Shown here: one piece after another, positions 48,640-62,100 of the stretch
Numbering within the stretch: the stretch's first letter is position 1
How the letters are laid out: each line of letters starts with the position of its first letter
NCBI GenBank assembly: GCA_013115145.1
Contig: JAAPAO010000138.1
Coordinates: 1,243-65,242, forward strand
Reading direction: 5' to 3'
Origin: Perkinsus chesapeaki ATCC PRA-425
Lineage: Eukaryota; Protista; Perkinsozoa
DNA: 64,000 nt
The notes under the pieces: model-generated
Database searches by the model: none
Told to the model about the DNA's origin: nothing
The model's input: only the letters and a program-made list of their open reading frames with translations
Translations under genes and position numbers: made by a program

Positions 48640-51075
48640 AACTGTACACTAGCAACGTCTATCCGATCCCACATGAGCCACCAATGATACTCTCTAATGC
48701 CCCGATGATGATGAAGGAATGGTTACAAACACAACCCAGTGAAATATGAGGCAGGTAGTCAGTAGCTTAGTATTAAGAAACTGACCTCACGTAGTTGTAG
48801 TAGTGACAGGTAATCTATTATTCACCCCTAAAGGTTTTAACATCAGGACCATCAGCCAAAACCAAACCACTAGCATCATTCAGCCAGGCTAGAGCACTGC
48901 CATTAGCATCGAAGTGGGCGACCTCTGAGAGAGAAGTCTTGCCGTGGAAATGATAGACATCAGCTCCTTTATTAGAACCTGAATACTTGAGTAATAGTAT
49001 TTACGGTTATTCTATGTTACTACCAGCAGCTAGATAGTGTCCACTATTATCAAAGCTTAGGTGTTCAACTGGCTCAGCAGCGGCTGTAAGTGTAGCAAAG
49101 TCAGTGGCCTTCCGAAGGTCCCACAGTTTAATCTCACCCTCCTTGGTACCTATACACTGTTACAGTAAGGAAAGCCACTAATTGGACTACTACCGGTTGC
49201 CATGTGATAACCGTTCTCACTGAAGGCGAGTGCAGTAACATTGGCATGGGGCATCTTCGCGCTGGTCATCTGTCAAACGCCGTATAGTGTGAAATCCTCA
49301 ACCTTATATAACTAACCTCGGCCTTCTGTTGAAGACTGTATACGCTGACACATCCAGTCTTATTATTGTAATAAGCGAACAGACTTCCATCCGGATGCAT
49401 ACCGAAGGCCTCTCCAGTAGAACTGGTATTACCTATTGAAATGATAATGACAAGGAGCTCTCTGACGCTAAACTTACTCATATCTATCAGATGGCTAAGG
49501 CCTTGGTCCCTATCCATCTTCACAATATACCATTTACCACACTCTGTAGCCACCACCAAGGCTTCACCAGTTGGATGCCAATCAACATACGTTACAGGAG
49601 ACCCGACAGACAAGGGGTTGCCCACAGCGACATGCTCACACTAACATTCGAAGCTGGCTTCCTCCCAGCTGCTGCATTAGCCCGCTAATAGTACCTCCCA
49701 TTCCCCTTCTTTCGATGACTTCCACAGTCTCACATTACCATCAGCACCACCAGTAGCAAAGAGCTCCTCATTGGGGTGCAACTTCACTGCGGTCACAGCT
49801 GTCTTATCAGAGCTCTAGGGGATAAGTAATACACACGAGGGAGGGCTCTATTACATGTGCCACGGAACAGACAGTAGTCTTGTTGCCACGATTGTAGAGT
49901 GTAGCAGATCCCGCAGAGCCTAGAGGCGGTGATCAGCCCTTAATGGCCCCCCTTACAAGACCAACACTACTACCTCCAACTAACATCCTATCATTATCCT
50001 GGAAATGGACATCGATGGCGGTAACCTTGGCCCCAGCAGTAGCCGCACTCTTACGCCGACGTTTACCTATTACAATATAATAATGCTAACTATTGGGTGT
50101 ATCGTTACCACTTGGGGAGGTAGTATCTGCCTGAGCTACCTTCTCAGCGGTATCCTGTGAAGTGTATGACCTGGGGTGACGACACTACCGACAACAGCTG
50201 GGGTATGGCGAGCTGCTACTTCACAGCATCCTCCTTGGCCAACTTAGGATGCTTACGCTTCTTCCTGCCGCTCACCAACTTCTCAGATAATGCCACTGCT
50301 TCCTGAGAGTACCCGCTATCGAAGTAACCTCCGAAGAATCTTTTACCTGTATGAAGCTGTCTCCATCAGCTTCCTCAGCCACTCCCTCTTGAGCCCCTGT
50401 ACCATCAACATCCATACCAGAGCTACCATATGCCCGAGCCTTGGCCAAATCCGAGCTCAGCTGCCTCACTCTTGACACAGCCAGATCCCTAAAGGCTCGA
50501 TACTCCAGGAAGGCATCTGGCGGTTTAGTACCGTTCCTTAGCCAACCTGCATATCACACGACAGGCGGCCTCATGCTGGTAGAGAGTCTGTGATAGCTGC
50601 TCCCTAGTAGTTGATAAGGATTCCCTCAGTTTATACCTGCATTGCCAGCGCCGTGCCACTGCAAGACCCCCTTGCCACTAACACGCCCCCTAGTACGTTT
50701 CCAGCATTAGATTGTCCCATTCATTCTGGAAATCACGCAGCATAGCAGATATAGACGAGGAGGTAGCCGGGCGAGGGGTCACCACAGAGTTGGCTGAGAT
50801 AGTAGTTGGCCGGATAGGGAGGCAGCTTGCAGCAATGGACGTCGTGGTATTACTGTGTATGGGGTAGAGATCGGTCTCCTTGTCCAGGTCCTGGCCTGTC
50901 ACTGGGCATTTACCACCGTTCTCTGTTAAAGCCTTCTCAATCAATCGACGGGAAAAGACGTATCCTGTTATCGCGTTAGGGTGCTAGTATAGTAGTATTA
51001 ATGCTGCTTCCTACCTGTCTTAGATAATACCGGATCATCAGGGACTTCACCAGATATGGCACACACGATAGTCAT
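48640..51075 (-). CDS. PRP19: Pre-mRNA-processing factor 19 (U-box, coiled coil, WD40)
   Basis: [21 protein letters not shown]|[10 protein letters not shown]...[31 protein letters not shown]40 exons. 3' end approximate. Confidence 0.93.
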
Positions 51076-51160
51076 ATTAGTCGATGAAAGAGTAAGACAC
51101 CAAACTAGAGGAAATAGTACAAGGCAGCAGCGGCAGCAGACTTTACAATAATACAGGGAA

Positions 51161-51228
51161 GTGTCTAACCAACAGTCAGTCAGTGGCCCTGAATGACACC
51201 CGAGTTCGATCCCGGAGACGCACATTTT
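51161..51228 (+). pseudogene. tRNA-like relic (Gly-like 3' end, B-box, TTTT)
   Basis: CCCGAGTTCGATCCCGGAGACGCA-CATTTT. T-arm has one mismatch and one deletion; no anticodon arm. Confidence 0.45.
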
Positions 51229-51367
51229 AACATCATTTCCGCAGGTACTTGCAATTGCATTACAGAGCGCATGTTAACACGACAAGTTAGTTGTTGACAA
51301 ACCGGCATCATTTTGCAAAAAAGGCAACTATTAACAATGCATCATAATCATCATATCCTTCAGCTAT

Positions 51368-52383
51368 CTAGCTGGCCTTCTTATCTTTCCTTTCGGTCTT
51401 CCCATTGTCCTTCAAGCTACCATTCTGTTTGCTGCTGTTCTTGGCGGCCTTCTTACGATGACTTCTTATCTTCATCATCACTGGTATAAGACCGCATATT
51501 GCCAATGACACTGCACATGCTTTAACGTCATCAGAGCCCATGGACTGTATAAGGACCTATCAACCAATGCTAATAAGCAATAGCAGCTAAAGCTACGTAC
51601 ATCAGTGGCCGAGACTTTAGTGTCTTGGTCAAGCGTGGCGAGGACGTTGGTCATGGCCCGGCCAGCTGTGGTGTAGAGGACCGATCCTGGTATAACTGCT
51701 ACACCAGTAGCTGACATAAACGTGGTGAACGGTACACCAATGAGAGCAGCACATCCATTTACAAACCAGAAGGGGAACACCTGATGGCCAACGAGTTCGG
51801 GATTCGCGTCAGGGTGGTGATTGATCTGTATGATTTACCAATGTGTATCTTGCGGCAATAAGATAGACAAAAGCATTGTCCTTTAAGTTCCTCTCAAGCT
51901 TCCTATAAAGCGCACTATCCGTATTAAGTAACCATTTAGCAAAGTCCGCTAACACAGTACGGACCAGTAAGTAGGACACACATGCCCCAATGACGTACCT
52001 AGACAGGAGAGAGAGACAATATGGAACAGAGGTGGAGGATGCAATAACAACCCACCCAAGGTATGAAAATATCGCTGCATAGGGCTGGTCGAAGAATAGC
52101 CCTCCAGCGAAGGATAGGGTAGTGGCACCTGGAATAGTGAGGCCAATATCCAAACACATGGCCATCATATAGATACAACCCGAGAGCCAAAAGTTCTTAT
52201 CAACCTGGAAAAGGGAAGGACGTCATACCAAAGAGATGAGCTGCTGTTACGCACCTCAGCTGCTATCCAATCTCGATTAACCTTTATTGAGTGCAGACTC
52301 AAAAGATAGCCAAACTTGTAGTAAAGGCTAAATGCTACTGCCAGCATCGCCACACCAAAACCAAGACGGAAGCGTGATACCAT
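51368..52383 (-). CDS. DedA/VTT (SNARE-associated, TVP38/TMEM41/64-like) membrane protein
   Basis: IPGATTLSFAGGLFF, GACVSYLLVR, YLIAARYTL|VFPFWFVNGCAAL, VIPGSVLYTTAG; Lys-rich C-tail. Confidence 0.88.
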
Positions 52384-52601
52384 AAAAAATGATTCTAGGA
52401 GGAGGCTTAATTGGGTTAACAACTAATGATAAAGATAGGCGGATTGGTGATAGCACAACAGGAGTAATGGAAACTCAAGTGTCATTAGGGGTAGGCAAGC
52501 CTTGGGCTTCCCTCCACGTGGTTAGCCATTTGCGGTTCAATTTTATATGCAATGCCTCCGACATCACTGCCCTATCCTGGAACGTATATACATCCATCAG
52601 C

Positions 52602-54911
52602 TTACGCATTACCTAATAATAAAGGTATTGGGCGAATGAGGGAACGCAGCCATCTTACTGTCTCGCTGGAGTTCTCGACAATCCAATCTCTGTGCACCAG
52701 AACCGCAGCGATGACCAGTCTAAGGGGATAGAGGAGCTCAAACAGTGGCTCCGCGTCGGACCAGAAGAGGGAATCCCAGGCAGTTACGTCAGACAGTACA
52801 CCAGCGCCTCCAAGCTTGATAACAAGGGCTAAGTTCGCTACCGCAAGTTCGATACTGACACCTTCGGCACGCAGCCGACCGGCAAGTCTACCATCAAGTG
52901 CGCCGAAGTAGGCTGGCATACAGAGGTCCACCAGGAGGCTTAGACGCCTCAAACACCGACGCCGATGCAGGACAAGCCAGTCCTTGGATACCACAGGCGT
53001 GCCTCTGACAGGCTCTGGTGCCAACTCGGATAACACCGTGTGTGGGGGAAAACCAAGCCACACTTCAGAAAGGAAGGCCTCTCTGTCAAGTTCAGCTGTC
53101 GTCGGGAACGCACAGGCACACCAGGCCTGGAATCCGAACCGAAGTTGATGAGTTAGAGCCCCTTGTCGAAGGCAGTACCGTATGAGCTTGGACCCGAGTG
53201 ACTTACGGTCTGTCCTGGAACTATGCAAAAGGGTCTGGTACATGTCCCTGTTACAAAGGCCCAGTCTGGCCACCAGTGCCAAATCACCACTGTACTCCAC
53301 CACAAGGGTCAGAGCTCGGATGGGTACACCTGCTACATCACCTTCCCTGGCCTTGGGAGAGGCAGACGACCTCTTTATCGGCACTGGCGGTGGGTTGTGT
53401 TGATAGGGATGCCTCACACGATAAGCCATAACCTCTGCCACCACAAGGCAGGCCAGATGGCCAACCATGGCCGTAGGCATGTCCCTTATGTACGGTTCCC
53501 CCAGTACTAGCCCAACCGGTCTCATAGAGAGTGCTTTACTAAACACTCGCCTACTAGTTGCTTTCGATATGCCCATAGAGCTTATTGCTGTAATGGAAGT
53601 TTGAGGTGACAAGGTGAGGACGCTAGCAGGCGGGTGGGTCGCTGCTATACGCCAAGACGGAGGCGGAGCCGCTACCTCAAGCCCTAGAGGGCCGGGCTCT
53701 GAGAAGGCCACGTCCCGGATACCGAACACCCGGGCCCGCCATTCACGAATAGCTCGGCCCCACAGCCATGGTATCGATTGCGTAACGTCCCTGAGGCCCT
53801 CGAGCATGCTGTTGGAGGGTAGGTAAATCCCTTTAGTTGAGGCTGCTATGGAGGAGGAGGACACAGTGGGAGGACCATTGGGCACCTCTGAGTGGGCACG
53901 CTTCAACTTGCTAAGTTTGGCATGGTTTTCCCGGCGCTCCTCTAGTAGTTTGTTGAGACCTCTGGCCAGGAAGGCCTGCGTAAGTGTACTGGTAATTGTT
54001 GGTATGGAATGGATGGTGTCACAAGTCAGTAGGTATCCACCAGTGGATGCGCATAGATCCTCAACTTCGGCTAAGTGCTCAGTTGTCGGGTCCGGCCCGA
54101 GATGCAGTACTGATATAGGTGGCATCTTTGTACCTAGCCTTCGCCGTGCTTCAGTGGCCAGCGGACTGGATAGCTGTGCATTCGATGCGTCTCCGCTAAT
54201 GGTGATGATGAGGACCCTGGAGGATGCCGGCGGCTGGGACGGCTCTATTTGAGCCCATATGGGTGCAGGCGGCGGACTTGGCTTATCCTCCAGGTCCATT
54301 ATATAATTCTTAACTTCCTCCGGGTCGTATCTAATACGACATGAGGCATGAATGGTAGTAGCATGCATGCACACAACTCACTGTCCCTTATTAAATGTAA
54401 ATGCATTGGTGACGCCACCGTCCCACCATCGATCACTAATACTGCAGAGTGTCTCGTCCGCAGTGACATCGTAGAACATTCCGACTTTGACCTGGTCCGC
54501 CGCCTTAGCCACAGTTGTCAACTCTCGAAGAGTCTGAATGAGGGCTGTGAGGTACGAGGAGTACCTGCCATTACCCTCAATCCACACACGTCCACAACGT
54601 CGCGCGCCACGAAACTACTTCTCTTTCAGTGCTTTATCGAATGCCTCAGACTCTGCATTAGTGCCATACAAAATACTACTAGCGGCTTCTCGTACAGCCA
54701 TTCGCATACCCTACATAGACCGAATACAGAGAAAGAAGGTTTAGACGACAATACCCACCAGCGGGGTATCAGGAATGCTCTTGGACGGTAATTGCTCCAT
54801 GAGCTTAGTCTGCAACTCCTCCTCTATCTGTCGAGGGCTGGCCAATGCCGAATGAATACGCCATGGTGACACTTCAAGGAGGAATACGAGCCGGTGCTCG
54901 AGATCGGGCAT
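52602..54911 (-). CDS. Hypothetical protein with N-terminal VWA-like domain (degenerate MIDAS)
   Basis: HRLVFLLEVSPW (beta1), RVLIITISGD, PISVLHLG, EDLCASTGGYLL; ORF 52602-54374 plus upstream exons. Confidence 0.5.
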
Positions 54912-55018
54912 CGACGTCGCCAAGGCCGACGAAAAAACTGCCAAATGGCAATGTGTGGAGAACAACAACAACAACAACAACTGAACTCTTTAAAAGTGAA
55001 TATCTCATAAACTTATCA

Positions 55019-57605
55019 TCATCTCTGCACTCCATCACTGTCCATGGCTGTGAGCTCCTGCAGTGCCCTCTCCAGGGCCACTTTAGCCTGCTCACCCCCC
55101 TCGGCCATGCCAACCTCGGACACTTCCTGTCTAACTGCGCTCATTCCCACTGTATAGACCAAGTCAGCCATTTGTTCAAGGAGCCATAGTGGTATTGGTG
55201 CCTGGCCTCCAGCACGATACTGGAAAACCCTTATCATACCGCATGCCTGCAGCACTGCTGCTCGGACCATCCTCCTCCTGGTATAGAGCCTCAGGAGCAT
55301 GGCCGATGCCCGTGGACAGCAGCCATAGGCTTGAACTACTCTACAGGCTAACTCAAAGGTTGCATCGCCGGATTGGAGTCTCTCAGCAAGGCCAGCCCAA
55401 TAGCACCACATCGCGCTGTTTTGCCGGGGAACTTTACCGTCTGCCATCTCTAGCTGCCATTGAAGGGATTGATTAAGGTCCACAAATAGCTGCCGGAAGA
55501 GCCTCTCCAAGATCTTGCTACACAATCGCTTCCTGAAGGAAGCTGGCTGCTGTAGTTGCCGGCCACCGCCGGTGGCGCTGGCTGCTTGTGCTGCTGTTCC
55601 ACTGGAAAGACTACGTGGCCGATTACTAAGGGCCTCTTGTCTTTCTCTATAGACCTCTCTTAAATCCACTGCTGCTGCTGCCACCTCATCACCATCGACA
55701 CTACTATCATCATCCATAATAAAGACCCTACTCCTGGCCACTAAGAGATAGTCCCATCCAATGTCCTGATAAATGCCAACCAAAACCTTATAGATCCTAG
55801 ACTCATAACATGTCATGACCGACAACTCTTTCTCATTACCATCATCTACCATATTAGCCTCCTCTAGGATATACTTAGTCTCATCTAGCTCCGTGTTAAT
55901 ACCAACCCCCTTCCCTAGTACTATACTATCATTTCCATCACCCTTTCGATTAACCTTTGGCAACATCTCATAAGCTGGGCTTTGCCGTATAGGGTCATGA
56001 CACAGATATCCTATCACTGGCTCTCCCTGGCTAGGATGCACCTTGGTTGGGACTGTCTGCTGGCATTTGCTTATATCGGGTATCCCCTGGCTCCATGGAA
56101 CGGTCTCATCCCCAGGCCATGGTACCTCAGCTCCCTCATCAGTCGGGAAGTTATTCAATGCCATTAGACACTGTTCGAAGTTAAGCGTTCTTCTATAAGC
56201 CTCAGCCAGTGTAGCCCATGCCTTCGGCTCCATTGGTATAGATTCAGTAGCAAGCCTTGCAGCAGTGATTGCTAAGTCCCAAGCTACAGGGTCATCTGCT
56301 ATGGCAAGAAGTGTCTTAGCCTGATAGTGAAGGACATGACCATCAGCTGGTATCTCATGGAGGCATCGGGCCAATGCTGACATACAGGCATCTAGTCTAC
56401 CTGATGATGAAGGAATGCTCCTGTTACTATCGTCTCCATCTGCTGCTGCTTGTTACCCATTCGACGGTAGCTCCTGGCGATATGTATCATAACATGGGGA
56501 ACGGCACTTTGAAGAGAGTTGAACACCTCCGGACAGAGACGAAGACGTCTAGTTGAAACGACAGCATGCCGCTTGTTGCCGCTACTCCGGTCCCACCTTG
56601 TCCTTATAAAACCATCCGAGATAACCTCAGTGACTATAGTAGTGCCCAAACGGCCCTCATCACCCTCCTCTTCATGGGCATAGATATCCGTTGGTGATAG
56701 TGATCCAGAAGGACCGCAGTGGGAATCAGCGGTTATGAATTTGGAGGCTAATGTTATGAAGTCGTGGCCTATCTGAGTATACGATTGTCCATCATAACGA
56801 GGCAGGGGCCAGCAGCACTACTACCTTCATATTAGCTGCATCCCCTCTGATAGGGCAGACATCTCCTACCACCAAACCAGGCACTACTGGTGGCTTCATG
56901 GACCTCAGCCAGGCCGACAACTGGACACCCTGAGATGGCCCATGGCTTAGCCCTTCCTTTATTTTCTGCCCGCACTACCTCACCTCCCATATAGATCGTC
57001 CAATGTTCTCTACAGTGTTGCCCTCCGAGTCCACCATAAATGCTCTAACAGCTGGATAACCACCTGGCCGCACCTAGCAGACATCTACAGCGCTACTGCG
57101 ATACTCCACTCACCTCAACCCTAACATCACAATGATGAAAGATATCCCAGGAGCAATATATACCAGATTCAATCTTAAACGCTGAGCTGGCGAAGAACAA
57201 GCCTCCGCCTTCCTGGTGAAGCAATGAAGAATCCTAACCCTTGTATAGTATCAGACCTAACCTGTCTGGAGAGAAGGCTTGAGATATACCCCGATATAGC
57301 CGAGGCACTGCCAACGTCCACTCCAACAACATAATGGAAGTAGCTCGGCAAGGACAGCTGATGCTGCTGATGCTGCCGGTGTTTACTATCGCTCTTCTTC
57401 TTGTGGCTCGAGCTACTACTGCTTTTGGGAATCTACCGTATGTACCATTCCCCTGCCACTCTCTAAAAATTGCTACCTTCGTTAGCCGACACAAGTCCGG
57501 TGGTCCTGTGCCCTGATATGTTGGCATAGCCGCAGTCCTCGCCTCTAGGGCATCTACCCCTGAGATCTCTATAATCTCTTGAAGACCACTGGTAGTTTCC
57601 GACAT
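55019..57605 (-). CDS. ChAPs (Chs5-Arf1-binding, BCH1/BUD7-like exomer adaptor) family protein
   Basis: EIIE...ALEAR...GTGPPDLC, YFHYVVGVDVGSASAISGY, QAKTLL...LAITAARLA...PMEPKAWATLAEAY...LMALNNFP. Confidence 0.8.
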
Positions 57606-57954
57606 TAAAACGCTGAGTTTTTGGTTGACCTTATTACTAAACCAAAGCATATAGTACTGTGATGGATATATAACAATAGTAACAACTGGTAATGTAGCAG
57701 CAGCCCAATGCTGGGTTTATATTGAATATGGAGGATGAGCACTAAGATACCAGCAGATACCAGTGGATGAACCATAGTTAGGTAATGGTTAACAACAACA
57801 AGGAGGAGAGAACAAAAAGACCGCCGCTGCAATGATGCTTCTACCTCCAACTGCTGAAAGTCTACTATCGTCTGAGCGACAACCTCTAAGGAAAAATTAA
57901 AAATTGGTCGACTTTACAGCACTCGTTGACAGCGTCGGCGGCGGTGGCGTCTTA

Positions 57955-58824
57955 TCAATGCCGTGACCATGGACGCGGTGGCCCCCCTGCTGTATCGGCT
58001 GCGTAATGCGCCCGCTCTCTTTGTCTCTTCCTTCTAGCGGCGAACTGCTCTGGCGTTTCATCTTCTTCGGGTATGAGTAGAGCTTGGGGATATTGTACAA
58101 CCCTTGCCCGACCATCCAACCCAAAGTATATCTCTCCAGCCGCAGGATGAGGCCTTGTATCAGCATCATCACTAGTGTCCTCTTCACTATCATAATCATC
58201 ACTTGATAGATCCTCTATTATTTCCCTCATACCATAGCCCGATTGGTGATGTCCTCCCTTATCAGGCATATAATGAAACCTTCCTATAGTCTCCGCCTTT
58301 GGGCCATCTACCGATGCATTCTGTGACATGTGATACCCCGACTCAGGACCTTGATTGATAATGAAACGGTCAAATTGCAGATGCTGGCGTGGTCCTCCCC
58401 CTGCTCCTTGGCCTCCAGAACTGCCGCCTTGAGTTGAGGATAAGCCTCCCTCTTCCGTACTCGCTAACTGCTTATGGTCCCCATAGCCTGGACTCTCAAA
58501 GCAAAGACTGCGTACGCAAATGACAACATGTGATGCTATCACCAAAGCCGTTAGACAAGAGAATGTTATTACAGCCCAGTGCTGCCAGGCTCTATGCCGT
58601 TTGTCCAACAATGTCCCCGACCCGATATATGCTATCCTAGCAGGCTGAAGACTGACCCAAGGTATAAATTCCTTTGAGGCCACAGGACCTGCTGCTGCTG
58701 TTGTTGTTGTGGGTACTTCAGCGGATACCCCAACGGATATCCTATCTAAGGGTGCACCACGACCGGGCTGAGGATGCCGGAGTAGCGTATCAGTGTCTGA
58801 CGGTACCGCGGGAATATCGGCCAT
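57955..58824 (-). CDS. Hypothetical single-TM protein with acidic low-complexity C-terminus (intronless)
   Basis: 289-codon ORF from ATG 58824; TM WAVITFSCLTALVIASHVVICV; DDYDSEEDTSDD tract. Confidence 0.6.
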   Translation of the reverse strand: MADIPAVPSDTDTLLRHPQPGRGAPLDRISVGVSAEVPTTTTAAAGPVASKEFIPWVSLQPARIAYIGSGTLLDKRHRAWQHWAVITFSCLTALVIASHVVICVRSLCFESPGYGDHKQLASTEEGGLSSTQGGSSGGQGAGGGPRQHLQFDRFIINQGPESGYHMSQNASVDGPKAETIGRFHYMPDKGGHHQSGYGMREIIEDLSSDDYDSEEDTSDDADTRPHPAAGEIYFGLDGRARVVQYPQALLIPEEDETPEQFAARRKRQRERAHYAADTAGGPPRPWSRH

Positions 58825-59124
58825 CTGCAGGCCGTTAGTTATGCACCAAAGGCTTAGGAATAGAGAATTTACGAAATGAGTTCGACGCCGACGTCCAGTG
58901 AGATGATGTGGCATGTGACGGCGGCTAAGTACGTTAAACGCACAAAGGAAACAAATACTAGAACAAGTCCAATCCCCTACTATTGTATAACAAAAGTAAC
59001 GGTAATGAGAAATGGTGAAACCTGTACATCTGATCCATCGTTACCGATATACCACGGCGGAAAAAGGGATACGACTCCAGAATTGCCCAGCAGCAGCAAT
59101 AGTCGCTGCTGCTTGTGCTGCTGT

Positions 59125-62100
59125 TTACTCATCCTTAGCGTAGAAAACAATAACAGCTCTTCCAGGAGCACCAGTGGCCCTTCTATTATTCTTATCAATA
59201 GAGGATTCCTCAGCAGCATCACGGACCTCAACCTCACCGGGGAGACCCAATTGCTTCTTAATCAAACCTGACATCATGACGAAGTCACAACTAACATCAC
59301 TGAGTTCACTATATCAATAAAGCCCCGGTGATGCAGCAGCACTATTACCCTTTTGATCCTCCAACATCTTAGTCTCATCAAATGGTAAGGTAAGAGCTAA
59401 TGCTTCCTTACCCTTAACCTTAACCTCTGTCTGCATATGGAAAGGTGCAAACTTCATAGCCATACCCTTCTCCTGCTTTGATAATGCCTTGATAAGAGGA
59501 TGATCCTTGAAGAAGTTACCCATAAACTTCTTATCAACCTAGTAGCAGCAGGAGTCACCTAACAACCCCTCCCATACCCCCATTACAGGCTCATTATTCT
59601 CATCAAGCTCCACCTCTTCGAGGACCTTAAGGCAAGTCTGCTGGAATGGCTTATACTCCTTAGTGACGTAGATAACAGCGTCTGAAGCATCAGTGCAGTT
59701 CTTAAAGTCCCTGCATTCCCAGAACGGTTACCAGTCGGCTGGACAGGGGCTGGGCCCTTCTTCCTCGGTTGCATGTGCTTCTGCAACTCCAATCGGAACT
59801 CACGAAGGTTGGACTGGAGCATGTTGTATCGACGACCTGAGCAATTCCCCCTAATTCACGCGCCACGAAATGCCTTACTGAGAGACTCGTCAAAAGGTGC
59901 ATCAGCCTCCGGCCAGCGCTGCTCGACAGCTAGACCCTAAAGAGTGATGATATAAGCACCTCGCCTTTACACCGATGTTTTGTACTGTTGCTACCTCCTT
60001 ATTAAGGATATCACTCCAGACATGCTCTGAGAAATGAGGGGTGATAGGCACCATTACTAAAGCCTGAACCTCAATGTAGCGTCGGAGTAGATCACGGTGC
60101 ATAGATCCATCAGTAAGGACACGGTATTGGTCCCTGAAGGGGAGGGGAAGGCACATTCGGCAAAGGAGTAGGCCAACTGCTTACCTGAGATTCTGCATAT
60201 CAAACCAGCCTGCCTTGAGAGCGTCTCTCATCATCATCTTAGAATATCCAGCATCAGCCTCCCCTATAAGCCTATTGAGCTCATTGGCAAAGCACTTATC
60301 AATAAAGGTGAATTCCCCTAAGATAACATTACCCTCTACCAACCCGAATCCCTATTACCATCCCGCTCCTTCTCAAATTCAGCTGGGCTGGTCATAACCT
60401 CAGTGGCCCAATTATCGAATGTGGTAAGTGCCAGGATACTATCATTGGCGGTCTTACGCTTGAAGTTGGCGTTCTCCAGTCCATCACCTATTAACCAGCA
60501 TAGGCATGGCGGCCGGGACAGGCAGGCTGCTTACCAGCGTCAGCGAGGGCGAGACGTGTGGCATCAGCCGAGAACTCCTTGCATGCCTGATCCAAGGTAA
60601 GGAAGTTACCAAGAGACTTAGACATCTTCTCATCATCGACCATAACATGACCATTAGTGAAGAATGCCTCTGGCCAGAGGTCGGGACTACCATCACAAGA
60701 TCATCGTCGCAAGTCTCCCAGCATCCTACCGATTCTCCCAGATGGCAGCATGGTTATATAGGCACATGGTCAAGTGATTCGGGATCAAATCCTTACCACT
60801 GCACCTCAGGCTCATAGGGTACCTATACCAACGGCGATCCTTTTATAACACAGCCGCTGTACCCTTACCAATAGTTGAACTCCCTCTTGAGCTTCTCTAG
60901 GCTCTCCAAAGAGATGGACGTATCCTTTGGTGGCTTATCAGCCAAATCAAAGATGTAATCAAAAACGGCGTCGGTCATCTGGTCAGCCTCAATGCCGAGG
61001 GGATGGTTTCCAGAGCCATCCAGTACACCTGTCGCCAAGATTCCTTCGAGGTCAGCTTCGGCACCCCTACCTCCTTGCAGCAGATGAGCTATAGTGTAGT
61101 ATGCCATATAGATGGTAGAGTCCGAAAGACTCTCGATAACCCATCGCTTATCCCAGGGCAGATGAGTACCAAGACCGAAGTTACGAGAGCAGGCCCTGAT
61201 GATGAATATAGTAAGCCGGCATGGACATAATGCTAGTACCAGTTCTTAAGCCAATCAATAGCGCTAATCTGCTGGTTCAAACTACTAGGATTGTAGGTCT
61301 CGAAGTGGTGCTGAGAAGCATAGAGCATTAGTGGGTTGGCAATAGCAGCTCCTACCTCGACATGATCCAACACCTTGTTCTTCCATTCCTCCTCACCATA
61401 ACGTATGTACCATTGGTCACAGTAGGCAACAACACACTCATCACCAGACCTACAATACCAGCAACTTAGACATCCGCCTTATAAGCATCACTTATTACCT
61501 GCTAATAACCAGCCCTTCAGGTTCATAGTACTTGATGGCAAGGCCGGCATCGATGAGATCCTTTCTTACCAATGGCTTGGCCTCTTGCACTGATTTTCCA
61601 GCGTACTTTCCTAACATAACCATAAGAAGCCCTATGCAGTCGGTGTTACCTATAATCATTTTGCCCTGATAGAAGCCCTTGTTATAACATAGCTTCTTGG
61701 CTTCAGACAGCTTATCCTTCTGCTTATGAGAATCAATTTTCATAGACTCACAAAGATACACTGCAGCCTCATCGCCCCACTCAGGCATGTCCTCAATACG
61801 AATGATAGGAACAACCTAAGCACTCATTCGTTAAACCATGCAAGCTGAATGCTTACTTCGAATGGGACACACCACTCCTCCTCAACACCGTACTGGTCAC
61901 GCCAGTTCTTACGGGTCTTCCAGTCCTTTAAGGCGGCATAATCATCAGGGGCATCAGCAGGGACAGATGTCACAATACCAGTACCCTTGCCCTGAGCATC
62001 ACGCCATATCCCCCTCATCCTTAACAGGCCAATTCATTACCATGCTAATTGTTAGTAGAGGTAGGGCGTAGACGGTGGAGTACTTCGCTAAAGGTGCGCT

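Noticed and set aside
48620-48700. Apparent 1-nt frameshift at the PRP19 C-terminus (VGSDR then TLLVYS in another frame)
   Set aside because: The splice pattern of the last exons cannot be fixed by eye; alternative splicing or a base error explains it equally well.
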